From contig CDMY01000295.1 in assembly GCA_001179505.1 (NCBI GenBank), positions 372,001 through 436,000 of the forward strand: a DNA stretch of 64,000 nucleotides, in the 5' to 3' direction. The translations under genes and the position numbers were made by a program. The notes under the pieces are model-generated. The model was not told the origin of the DNA. It did no database searches and saw only the letters and a list, made by a program, of their open reading frames with translations. Shown here in pieces: positions 47,651 through 59,247 of the stretch. The stretch's first letter is position 1. Every line of letters begins with the position of its first letter. This DNA is from Vitrella brassicaformis CCMP3155. Its lineage: Eukaryota; Protista; Chromerida.

Positions 47651-50508
47651 ATGCAGCTCAGAATGGCGCCGCCCGCCCCTTTGGTGTGCATTCTTTGCCT
47701 GGCGATGCTGCCCCAGGAGTCCGCCGCATTCACCCAGCCAATCAGATGTCGTGTTGATCATGCGCCGAGGCCACCCATCGATGGCGGCAGGAGGAGGCAG
47801 CCGTCTGTCGGGATGTCGGCCGTCATGGAACCGGACACGCAGAGGCACGTCCGCGAGCGGAGGAGAGAGCGGGAGCTGAGTGCCCTTCCGGACCTGGTCA
47901 AGCCGGGCTGGTTTCCCACACGAGCCCAGGAGGTGGTGGACACACGGACGGTGCAGGCAGTCCGGGTCTCACACATCCTTCTTGAGGTCAGCCACGCACT
48001 GTGCACCCACACACACGCCCACGCCACCGTGTGTTGTGTTGTGTTGTGTGTAGACGGAGTCATTGGCAGAGCTGGCGCTCGAGCGGCTACGCCAGGGCGA
48101 TGTCGACTTTGCCGATCTTGCAGAAGTGGCCAGCATCTGCCAGGCGACCAAGCAAGACAAGGGCCAGGTCGGCTGGGTCTCCCTGAAGGACGACTTCCTC
48201 GACCCCATCATGCCGCTCGAGGTCCGGGAGGCCGCCATGGCCCTCAAGCCGGGCGACATGACAACCGTCCGCTCCGGCAGGGGCGTGCACATCGTCAAGG
48301 TGGAGGACGTCATGGCACTCCTGACGCCGACGGCCTCGCAGCCGAGGTCCAAGATGCCGGGAAGCGGGCAGTTGCTTGCGGCGTCGGGGCTGTCCCGCCT
48401 GTTTAAGAAGACTGTTGGGGCGGCTGATGGGCTGGAAGGGGAGAGAGAGAGGGAGAGCGAGTGGCGGTACTTTGTGGACACGATGGGGTGTCAGATGAAC
48501 AAGGCCGACTCGGAGAGGATGGCAGGGCAGCTGGAATCCCTTGGCGCACGGGTAAGTATGTCGTTAACTGCATTGATTGATTGCGTGTGGGTGCGTGGGG
48601 CGGGGTGGGTCATTGTCTGTCTCCCAGGTGACTGACGATGCAAAGGGGGCCGACATCGTTGTGCTCAACACCTGCTCTATACGCGACAAGGCCGAGCAGA
48701 AGGTACGTACGTCAGTGCTTGTGTTGTGTCAGTCGACTAAGTGTGTTCATGTGTGGGTGGGTGTGTGCGTGTCAGGTTTACTCAGCCCTCGGCCCCTTCG
48801 CCGCGCGGAAGCGATCCGGCAAAGACGTGACACTTGTGGTGGCTGGCTGTGTGGCACAGCAGGAAGGAGAGAGGCTACTCAGGAGGTCGGCAAGGCAACG
48901 CTAGGCTGCCACCAGCCACCAACACACAACACGACACTCCACACACTCACACGCGCCGTGTTGGGGTTCGTCAGAGTCCCTGAGCTGGATCTTGTGATGG
49001 GGCCGCAATACGGTGAGTCGTCACCTACGAGCACACACACACACACACACACACGCACGCGGCCTTGATTCGTTTGTCCACACTCGTGTGTGTGTGTGTG
49101 TGTGTGTGCGTCTGTTTCTCCTCACTCAGCGAATCGTCTGGGCGATCTGCTCGAGGACGTGGCCAACGGCAACCAGGTGGTGGCCACCGAGCCCACCTTC
49201 ATCATGGAGGACTCCACCAAGCCGAGGAGAGAGAGGTGAGTGAGACCCCCACGCCCACACACACTGTCTGTCTGACTGACTGACTGACTGTCTGTCGTCA
49301 GCTCGGTGGCCGCCTGGGTCAATGTCATCTACGGCTGCAACGAACACTGCACCTACTGCGTCGTCCCCAACACACGAGGGGTCGAACAATCGAGGCCGAT
49401 GGAGTCGGTCCGCCGCGAGATGGAGGAGCTCGGCGCCCTTGGCTTCAAAGAGGTCACCCTCCTCGGGCAAAACATCGACAGCTGGGGGAGGGACATGCAT
49501 CCGAAGCGAAAGTTTTCCGACCTCCTGCACCATGTCGCCGACACTCCAGGCGTCGAGCGGATCCGATTCGTGACCTCTCACCCTCGCTACATCAGCGAGA
49601 GGGTGGTGGATGCGGTGGCGGAGCACCCCTCCTTGATGGAGTACTTCCACATACCTTTCCAGGCGGGGGACAATGAGGTGCTGCGGAACATGAGAAGGGG
49701 GTACACGAGGGAGAGGTACCTGCATGTGATTGACCGGATACGGAGAAGGATCCCCGGTGAGCTGAGCTGAGCTGTGGGTCCTTGGGAGTGTTCGTCGGCT
49801 TGTGTATGGGATTTGCGCTCTCTCTCTCTCTCTGTGTGTGTGCGCGCGCGCGCGTGTGTGTGTGTGTGTGTGCAGAGGTGGCCATCAGTGCCGATGTGAT
49901 TGTGGGCTTCCCGGGGGAGACCGAAGAGCAGTTTGAACAAACCCTTGACCTCATGAGACAGGTAGTACCTGACCACCCCCACACGTGTGTCTTGTTCTCT
50001 GGTACATCCATCCATCCATCAGGTCAAGTTCGACTGCCTCATCACGGCCGCCTATTCCCCCCGCCCCCACACGCCTGCAGCCACCTGGCCAAACCAGCTG
50101 CCCGACGACGTCAAAGAAGACAGGCTCCGGCGCATCAACGAGCTCGCCGCACAACACGCCTACGAGCGAAACCTGAGGTACCTCGGTCGCGTCGAGGAGG
50201 TGCTAGTGGAGGAGCGGAATGTCAAGAACCCCACACAGGTCATGGGCCGGACGAGAGGCAATCGGCTGGTCTTCTTTGACGGTGATATTGCCGAGCTGAG
50301 GGGGAGGATGGTGCCGGTGCGGGTGACCGAGGTGCGGCCTTACAGCCTGACTGGGAGGATTGAACGGGGCGAGGAGCCTTTCCATTATTGCGAGAGCGGG
50401 CTGAGGAGGCCGTCTGAGTCCAGGAGGGGGAGGGAAAGGGGGCGGGGTGGGTCGTCGTCACGATCATCGAGACTTGACGAGGTGCTCGCAGAGCTGACAT
50501 CGGCTTAA
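47651..50508 (+). CDS. miaB: Plastid-targeted parvulin (PpiC-like)-MiaB fusion: tRNA-i6A37 methylthiotransferase
   Basis: Leader [16 protein letters not shown]|F, parvulin VRVSHILL...SIC...GVHIVKV, MiaB TMGCQMN / NTCSIR / AGCVAQ, radical-SAM [35 protein letters not shown]. Parvulin and MiaB lie in the same exon (48063..48550). Confidence 0.92.
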
Positions 50509-50818
50509 GAAGCGGTGTGATGTGATATGTGTGTGAGAATGGTGTCTGTCTATGGTTTTTCTGTGTGTACGGTGCGGTGGTCTGTGAATGGAGCGGAGAC
50601 AAGAAAGACGTTGACATTAGACTGATTGATGAAACAGTAGCAATGTCACTCACCTGCAGCATGCCCATGCAATTGCACACTCGGCCACGACCACACACGC
50701 AGACACGCACACACACGTCAGCTGTCTTTCTTGTCTTTGCTGTCGTCATCTGTCTCGTCAAAGCCTGCACGCCACGCACAGAGAGACAGACAGACCCATG
50801 AAAGTGAGGGAGGGCCCA

Positions 50819-51620
50819 TCATATGCCATGCCGCCTGGTTGCGTGAAGGTCCGTGGGCACCTCACCTCCAGTTCTCTGTCTGAATCTGCATCCTGCCGTG
50901 CAGACCTCCAGGCACTTGACAGACGAACCCCTGTCGCCCTGCACACCACACACGCCCCACCCACACACACGCAATCACACAGTCAGACCTTTCCGCCACA
51001 TGATCATGGCTCTCTGCCCTCCGTCAGACTGTCTGCTATGCTCGATAACCGACCGGAGACCTGTCGAGGAACTTTATGTTGAATGCCTTGGAGTCCTCCT
51101 TGATGTCTTGCTTGTAGCACAGCTCCTCACACCCGCTCACACACTCCTCGCTGCACACACACACACACACACACACACATGCAGCCACCCGCACCGAATC
51201 AAGAGAGAGAGAGGGTCTCTCGCTCTCCATGCATCCAATCAGCTAGCTCACAATGTGCTGGAGTCGTCATCGCCACACGCCTTCTTGCAGTAAGTCCTGT
51301 ACGTCCACGCCTGCAGGCAATCAAACAAGTAATGACATCAGACGCCGGCCATATCCATGGGGCCAGTGTGTTCCGTGGCGCTGGCAACACAGTGGTCCCT
51401 CCCACACCCTCCCCCATGTTGAATGAAGTCTCACCCCACCCACCATGCGGAAGTCGCCGGTGCTCTTGACCGATGTGATGTCGTTGCACATGCCGAAACA
51501 CGAGGTGTGGTCGACAGAGAGATCCGACAGGGCAGTCTTGACGCAGCTCTTCACCTTCTCTATCAAATCCATTGGGGAGTTCGCAATGGCGGCGAGCTTA
51601 GCGCAGTCTCCGGCCCCCAT
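50819..51620 (-). CDS. Small Cys-rich protein with repeated C-x3-C pairs (4 exons)
   Basis: In-phase assembly ...SCFGMCND...GDFRM|AWTYRTYCKKACGDDDSST|FEECVSGCEELCYKQ...FLDR|GSSVKCLEVCTAGCRFR. Both ends are tentative. Confidence 0.55.
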
Positions 51621-51700
51621 TGGCCCCCAGCCAGAAATTGCCCCGTCTCGGTTTCCGTCTCGAGGAGCGGGGGTCCCACGCACAGGAGGTGTGAGTGACG

Positions 51701-52597
51701 ATGGTGGACTGGGACTCGATCGACGAGGACATCAAGAAGCTCCTCACCGAGACCCAGTGCAGCATCTTCGAAACGGCTTTCACTCTCTTCGACCGTGACA
51801 AGGACGGATTTATCGCCTTCTCGTGAGTAACCAACCACCCAACCACCTCTCTCTCTCCCTCTCTTCCTCACTCCAGCTGTGTGTCCATGGCGTTCGTTGT
51901 GTGCACACTGTCTGTCAGCGATTTGCCGCAGATGTGGCGGTCGGTTGGGCAGAACCCGACGGACGCGCAGCTCAAGAAGATCGTGGAGACGTGGGACAAG
52001 GACAAGAAGGGGTTCTTTGACTTCAAGACCTTCCTGAGGATGTGCATCAGCCCGGCCTTCGACGACCCCATGAAGGAGGAGCGGCTGCTCGAGGCCTTCA
52101 GGCACTTCGACAAGGACGGCACCGGCATCGTCACGGCGCCACAGCTCAGACTCATACTCAGTGCTTATGGTGGGTGGTGCGCTGGTGTGTGGTGTGTGGT
52201 GTGTGTGTGTGTGTGTGTGAGTGTGTCTCCCTCTCTCTCTCTCTCTCTCTCTGGGTGCATTAGGAGAGAAGCTGCCAGAGGAAGAGGCAGACGAACTTGT
52301 GGAGTGGTAAAAGAGACACAGAGCAGAACACAATAAACCATGGCCGTGGGCGGCATACACTCCTCTCTCTCTGTGTGTCTTCCTTTTTGTGTCTTCCTTC
52401 AGGGCCGAGAAGGTAAGGAATGTGCGCAAGGCAACACGTCCACTGCTCTGCAATGGCCTGTCTGCCTGGCTGCCTGCGTGTGTGTGGGTGTGTGTGTCCA
52501 TGAGGTGCAGGCGCAGGGCGTGTTGGTGAGCGAGGGTCGTCTGTCGTACGAGAACCTCATCAAACAGCTCCTCGAGAGGGACCCTAACATCATGTAG
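51701..52597 (+). CDS. Calmodulin-like / myosin light chain-like EF-hand protein
   Basis: MVDWDSIDEDIKKLLTETQCSIFETAFTLFDRDKDGFIAFS|DLPQMWRSVGQNPTDAQL...EAFRHFDKDGTGIV...|GEKLPEEEADELVEW|...LSYENLIKQLL. Confidence 0.88.
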
Positions 52598-53206
52598 AGG
52601 AAGGGACCGACCTGTCTGTCTCTCTGTCTTGCTTGGTGTGGCGTGGCGGTTGGCTCGCTGCCATATGCGGTGCGGTACGGTGCCGTGTACTCTCTCTCTC
52701 TTTCTCTCTGTGATGTCTGTGATGTCTGTCGTGCGGACGCACTGATTGACATCAATATCGCTTCGGTGCGTCCATTTGCTGCTGCTATGTCTGTCTGTCT
52801 GTCTGTCCGTCCGATTGTCCACAAGAAACCACCGGCAAAAAGGGCGAAGGATAAATCTGACTAACTGACGAATGATCTGATCACATCAGGGGCCATCCAT
52901 CGCCGCATCCCTCTGCGCTTCCGAGCCAGTCAGTCAGCCACCGCATCTCAACAAGAGCTGCATCCGTACTCGACGCAGCCCTTTGGGAGATCCGGCAGCA
53001 CAACAACCGAGCAGCGCCGAGCCGAAGTCAACAAGAGCTGCACACGTCACGTCACCCCCATGGCGTGATGCCATACTGACCGGCCAACCAACACCCACAC
53101 CCGTCCCGTCTCATAAACCAGCCCACTCTTCGGAGCTGCCCCCACACACACACAGGTCGGATCCCGTGACCACTCTCGATGGCATCTCTCATCACCCACC
53201 CTCTCT

Positions 53207-56200
53207 CTACCTGCTGTCTACCACGGCTGCGTGACTTCTTACTACCGAAAACAGTGCGATAGCGCCGCTCTGCCTCTCGCCCACCAGCAGAGAGGGCGAC
53301 AGCCGGGGCTGCTGCGTGGTGGTGCGGAGGTACTCGCCCGCCAGGCCGGTGGGGTCGTCATACACTGTACCTGGGGAGCCGCCCTCGGTGGTGGTAGTGC
53401 CGTGTGTGGGCCAGGCCGAGAGGAAGTCGATGCACCTGAGGGCGGGGGTGCTGTCGTCGAACGACCACCGGTGGAGCTCCCTGATGAAAAGGGGCAGCGG
53501 ACAAGGAGAGAGAGAGGAGGGGGTGGTGGTGTGTGTGGTGGGGTGGGGGGGAGGAGGGGTACCTCTGCTGTGGGACGTCCCACAGGGCGGCGTATGGGTG
53601 TGACTGGCCTTCGATCTGCACATGGCCGCCGACAAGGGCCGTGCCCCACCCATCCGACGTGGCACACCTGCACAGCACAGCACAGCACAGCACACAGACA
53701 AACAGACAGACTGGTAGGTGTCACTTACATGGGTCACGCACGACGTGTGTGTGGCTATTTCCTCACTTGATGCGGCTGCTGCTAGTCTTGGCATTAGGCG
53801 GCAGCGACGACCCCCGTGCCATGGACATGACCTCTCCTCCCCCTCCCCCTGCCCCTGCCCCTCCCCCACTTGCTGCCGCCCTGATATCCCACAGCCGCGT
53901 GTCGCCATCTTCGCTGATGCTCATGGCACGGTGCTCTGAACACCACACACAACAGACAGACAGGCGACATTCGTGAGGTGTTCTGCGGGTGTCTGTTCTG
54001 CATCGTACCTCTGATGTCGCAGTGGACGACAGCTGCCTCATGCGACCTGCAATGACGGAACGGACCACACAACACACGGGAGTCTCTCTCTCTCTCTCTC
54101 TGCGTGTGTGGTGTGGCTTACGCGGAAAAGAGTGGTCCCTCCTGACACCTGGGGTCCCACATGACGAGGGTCCCGTCCGACGCAGCGGAAACCACCGTGT
54201 TCCCACACACGCCCACACACGTCACTTCCTCCTATAAAAACAAACAAAGCCGCACACGCATCCACATTCACCCACACCCACACACGCCCACATGCACAGA
54301 AAGACGCACCTGGTGGTCATCGAGCGCCTGCAGGTGCCGCAGTGCGGAAGGCGTCACCGCCCATACCCGAACAGTCTGGTCGGCCGAGCCAGAGACGAGC
54401 GTGTGTGTGCTAGTGCTGGTCTGCCCGCCACTGCCTGAGGAGAGGTCGGTCGCCAGGCACCTCAGCGTGTCGGCGTGGGTGAGCTGTTTGGCCACGGTCG
54501 ACCCGCTGGTGGGGTTGAACAGCACCAATGCACCGTCAAAGGCGCCTGCACACACCAAATACACCCATTGTGGGTGTGAGGTGATGTGATGTGGCTTGTT
54601 TGGCTTGGCTGGCTGACCGATTGCGAGGAGGGAGGGGCGTCCGATTGGCAGTGAGATGACGGACGACAGGGGCAGCTGTGCCAGCACAAAGCTCTGCACA
54701 GACGGAGGGCCGGGCCCGTTGGCCATGCTGCTGCTGCTGCTGGCAAAGGACGACGGGTCGTCGGCGTCAGTCTGCTGCCACACCCGCAGACACCCTGGAA
54801 GACACATCACACCACCAACAGAGTTTGTGCATTCCTTCCTTGAGGTGAGTGTGGTGATATGTCATTCATGTCATGCTGGACATCAATCAATCTTGCCTGT
54901 TCCGTCGATGACGCTGGCATGGCAGTCATCCACTGCCAGCCCAGTGAGAGACCGACACACTCCTTGCAGCGTCCGCCGATGCACGGCTCCACACACGCCG
55001 ACCAAACCACCACCACCACCACCCCTGGCCTCCTCACTCTCGGGCGCGGCCGTGTGGCCTTCACTCTCCCTCTCCCTGTCTGTCTCCCTCTCCCTCTCTC
55101 TGTGTTCCCTGGGGCTGGTGCGCGCAGACCATGCCGCATTCGCCGATGACGGCCGGGGGTGTGTCGACGAAGGGGGCGAGGACGCCATGCGGCTGTGCAT
55201 CCGCGCCGAAAGAGATGAGGGAACCGGCGAAGGGAAGACAGGCGGCCCGGGTGTGGTTGTGGATGTAGGTGTGGATGTGGGGGCGGGGGCGTGCTGGTGG
55301 ATCTTGTCACGCCGCAGCTTGATGAACCACGGCTCGCTCTCCGTGGGAGACGTCAGCAGGTCCGCCGGCTTCCACTGCGGGCAGTGCAGCCGGGGCGGGT
55401 GCGGGTCTCTGAACAGCTGCTGGGGCGTCTGGCCGAACTCCTGCACCTGGGTCTCGAGGGCGGCCTGCGACACGTGGGAGCGGCCGCCGAGGGCTGGAGT
55501 GGGGCTGCCGGGCTCCTTCTGACTGTCCTTCTGCTGTGAGGTTGGCAGCACGCCCTCTGGCTCCGGCTCGGCGTAGGTCAGGGGGTGGAACAGGTTGTGG
55601 GCTGGGTGAACACAGACACACAGGGACAATGGGGGAACAGATCTCTTTTGTGTGGGGGGTGAGTTGCCACAGGGGGGAGGGTTGTGTGTGCCTTACCTTT
55701 GCGGGCCTCTTCGCCTCGTTGCCTGTAGCCGAAGATGAGATCGATCCACAGAGGCAGATGGTGAGACACATGCTCACTCTGACCAGCCAGCCCAACCACC
55801 GCCACCAACACAACACCACCACAACCCACATGTGATGTGTCCATCTCTCTCTCTCTCTCTCTCTCTCCCACCTCCAGCGCAGCCCTCATCTTGACAAGGA
55901 AGTCCAAAGGGCTCCTCGCCCACGGCGGCAGCTCCACATCCCCCAATGCCCCCTCATGTGTCGTCACCTTGAGCTGGTTGAGCAGGAACTCAGGGTCCCT
56001 CTGGTAGAAGTCCGGCATCAGCTCGGCGAAGAAGGAGGCCTGATGACTCAGGGCGGCCCGCCACGAGTTGCTGACTGAGTGGAACATGCGGGGCCAGGCG
56101 TCGAAGCGGCCGCCGTGGAGCCGCAGCTGACACTCGGGGAGAAGCCGCACCAGCCAGTAGACCACATACGCTGACGACATGAATGAATGACACAGCACAC

Positions 56201-58871
56201 AGCACACACCACACCGCTGAGAGATGGCAGACCGTCTTCCTTGTGCCTGTGTGTGGCGTGTGTGTGTGTGTGTGCGTGTGGGGGGGGGGGGGGGGNNNNN
56301 NNNNNNNNNNNNNNNNNNNNNNNNNNNNNNNNNNNNNNNNNNNNNNNNNNNNNNNNNNNNNNNNNNNNNNNNNNNNNNNNNNNNNNNNNNNNNNNNNNNN
56401 NNNNNNNNNNNNNNNNNNNNNNNNNNNNNNNNNNNNNNNNNNNNNNNNNNNNNNNNNNNNNNNNNNNNNNNNNNNNNNNNNNNNNNNNNNNNNNNNNNNN
56501 NNNNNNNNNNNNNNNNNNNNNNNNNNNNNNNNNNNNNNNNNNNNNNNNNNNNNNNNNNNNNNNNNNNNNNNNNNNNNNNNNNNNNNNNNNNNNNNGGCGC
56601 TTACCGGGTGTGGAGTAGTGGGTGCCGTAGAGGAACTGCTCGTCGGGCGGGAGGTCCTCCATCCGGGCGACCAGGTCTTTGAGCCGCTGCTCGTTGAGCG
56701 CGCCGATCGGCTTGGACAAATCGCGGAACGACGCATCAACGTCGAGATTCAACTCGGGGCTGCATCCGTTGTCAGCCGGGCATATGTGTGGGCGGGCACA
56801 TGTGTGTGTGTGTTCATGTGTGGGTGTGTTCATGTGTGTGTGTGTGTGTGTGTGTGTGGCTACCTCTCATAGTCGCTGAGTACCCAAGGCATGATGGGGT
56901 ACTGGGAGAAGTCATTGCGCGATCGCCCCGCAGCAGAGTTCAGGAAGTCAAGGTAGTGGAAGTTGGAGATGTGGCCGCCCTGCCACAGCCTGCACACACA
57001 CACCACACACACACACACCACACACACACACACCACACACACATCCATACCAATCGGGGGAAGAACAGAAGGCCATACAAACGCCCCAGCCACCCCTAGC
57101 ACCGCACCGAGTCATCTTCTGCAGGTAGGCGTCAGACTGCTGCAGCTGGAATGCATTAGGCACCTGCTGCTGCAGCAGGGCCGCTACGGCCTCTCGCTCA
57201 GACGGGGTCTCGAAGGCCAGGAACAGCGCATTGCTGTTGCTCAGGCTGCTCGCCAATCCACCGCCACCACCACCAACACCAACCCCAGGCGCAGTCACGT
57301 CAGAAATAACCTGAACCTCACACACACAATATCTGTCACTCTCGGCGTGTCCGTCTGTGTGTGTTGTGTTGGCAGCGCTGAGAGAGACCGATCTCACCTC
57401 AAGCGCGATTCTGCGAGTGGCGTAGGTGCGTCTGAAGATGTGCAGGATGGCCTTGAGGGGGATGCGTGTGAATGGCCTGTTGGAGAAGTTGGGCTGCGGC
57501 TGGAAGTAGACGGCGTCGGTCGTCAGCTGCAGCATACCCCGGTGACGCAGCAACGGCTTGATCTGGTAAACCTGCACACACACACACACACACACATGGA
57601 CGAGTCTTTGTGTGTGACGAAATCTAATCCAGTCCACTTAGCTCACCCAGTAGTGTTTGTGTGTGAGGAGCGTCTCTCTGTGGTCGAGCCGGCTAACGTC
57701 AAACTGCAGGCCGCGAGTGAAGATGCGCAACCGATCCTGACACACCCACACATGGAGGGGGTCCAGATGCGGTTCAACCTGCGACGTGTGGTGGTACCTG
57801 TATGATGGACTGGGCGTCCTCCATCTCGAGCTTTGAGGCCTGCCAGAGCTCCATCGTGAGAGTGAAGATGGGCGACGCAGACGCATACAGCACACGGAAC
57901 ACATACTGACCGACAGAGAGAGAGAAGAGAATTCTATCCATCCATGTGCCATCTGCCGTGTGCCATGTGGTGTGTGTGTGTGTGTGTGTTGATGTGTCCC
58001 ACCGCATGCCACGTACCTCACTGGGCGCCGGGTGTTTGGTGATGGAGTATGGCGACACACACCGGGTCTCCCCACCAACAGACACTGTCGGCACCAACAC
58101 CTGCACCACACAACCACAAGAGCATTCCATACATACCATCACCAGCACGCCACGCCACGCACCCATACATCGTCCTCCCTATGCACCCACCGACCGTTTC
58201 GGTGGCCACGACAGCAAACTGCTCGAGCGCCTCACCCGACTCCTGCCGGGTCATCCCACCCTGCACATTCCTCTTCTCGCCGCCACCCTTCCCACCACCG
58301 CCACTCCCACCACCACCACCAGCACCACCAGAGGCACTCCACTGTGACGTCATTGTCGTCCACAGTGTGCCGAAAGTGAATGCGGGGCCGGGTGGGGCCG
58401 AGTTGGCCGACGGGATGGGGGCGGGGGAGTGGCTGGGGTTCTCCTTGACGCGAGTGATCCTCCGCAGGGGGAACTTTATGATGGGCTGCGTCACCAGGTC
58501 GGGCTCGAACACCAGGCTCTTGGAGCCCAGCCGAAGCCGACCCTTGGTCTCTGCACACACACAGGCACAGGCACAGGTACCTGAGGCATGAGTGTGTGCA
58601 GCAAAGGTGTCCGTGTTGTGTGTTGTTGTGCTTGCCCTGTGGCACGTTGCCGTGTTCGTCTTCGGGCGTTTCCGGGGCCTCGATCTGGTAGAAGGACGCA
58701 GAGCAGTCGGTGAAGTACTCCTCTCCCTCCTCTGAGTGAAGAAGGACACAGGCAGATCAATCAGTCAATCACACACAGACGGACGGACAGGCAGGCAGAT
58801 CAACACAAAAAGTGATGCGCTGTCCGACCGAGTATGAGTGGGTTGAACGATGTCCGCTGTGAAGAAAACAT
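53207..58871 (-). CDS. FAN/NSMAF-like GRAM-PH-BEACH-WD40 protein
   Basis: [29 protein letters not shown] (GRAM-like), QIKPLL...YFQP (PH), [47 protein letters not shown]|[43 protein letters not shown], then WD40 [11 protein letters not shown] and [10 protein letters not shown]. Confidence 0.9.
56296..56595. other. Assembly gap (300 N) next to a poly-G run, inside an intron
   Basis: Flanking exons join in phase 1 to the conserved BEACH HYSTP-A-YV motif, so no coding sequence appears lost. Confidence 0.95.
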
Positions 58872-59247
58872 CCTCCCTCTAGCTGTCAATAACCGTCAAT
58901 CACGAGCAGCAGCACAAGCAGCCGGACCGATGCACCGCCATCACGGCCAATGGGCGAAAGAGGCAAAGATCCCCTCAAAATCTTCAACACCAAAGGACCG
59001 CACACAGACTCCTCGGTGTTGCCGGAGAGAAGCGGCTGCCAGCAGATCACGCACAGGGAAGATTCATCAACTGCGTCGGCGGATCTTCTCTGTCGATGTA
59101 ACGTGTTTTCTGCTGCAAGGCCTGGGACAGTCTTACTGGCGCCACTACAAACGCACTGACGGCCGAACGAACGAACCCTTCTTGCAGCGGTTTCATGCAA
59201 CACCCTAGCGATTTGCGCGCTTGGGTCTGCAACCAAAGCACGGATGG

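Noticed and set aside
53480-53620. Apparent non-WD40 segment at the FAN C-terminus as an extra domain
   Set aside because: Exon boundaries could not be fixed confidently, and it may be intronic or a degenerate WD40 blade.
55990-56872. ORFs containing long X runs
   Set aside because: Artefacts of the 300-N gap inside an intron.
34581-58871. Sphingolipid gene cluster (ASM-like enzyme plus FAN-like adaptor)
   Set aside because: The genes are ~16 kb apart with unrelated genes between them. FAN's link is to neutral, not acid, sphingomyelinase in animals, and substrate specificity here is unknown. Probably coincidence.
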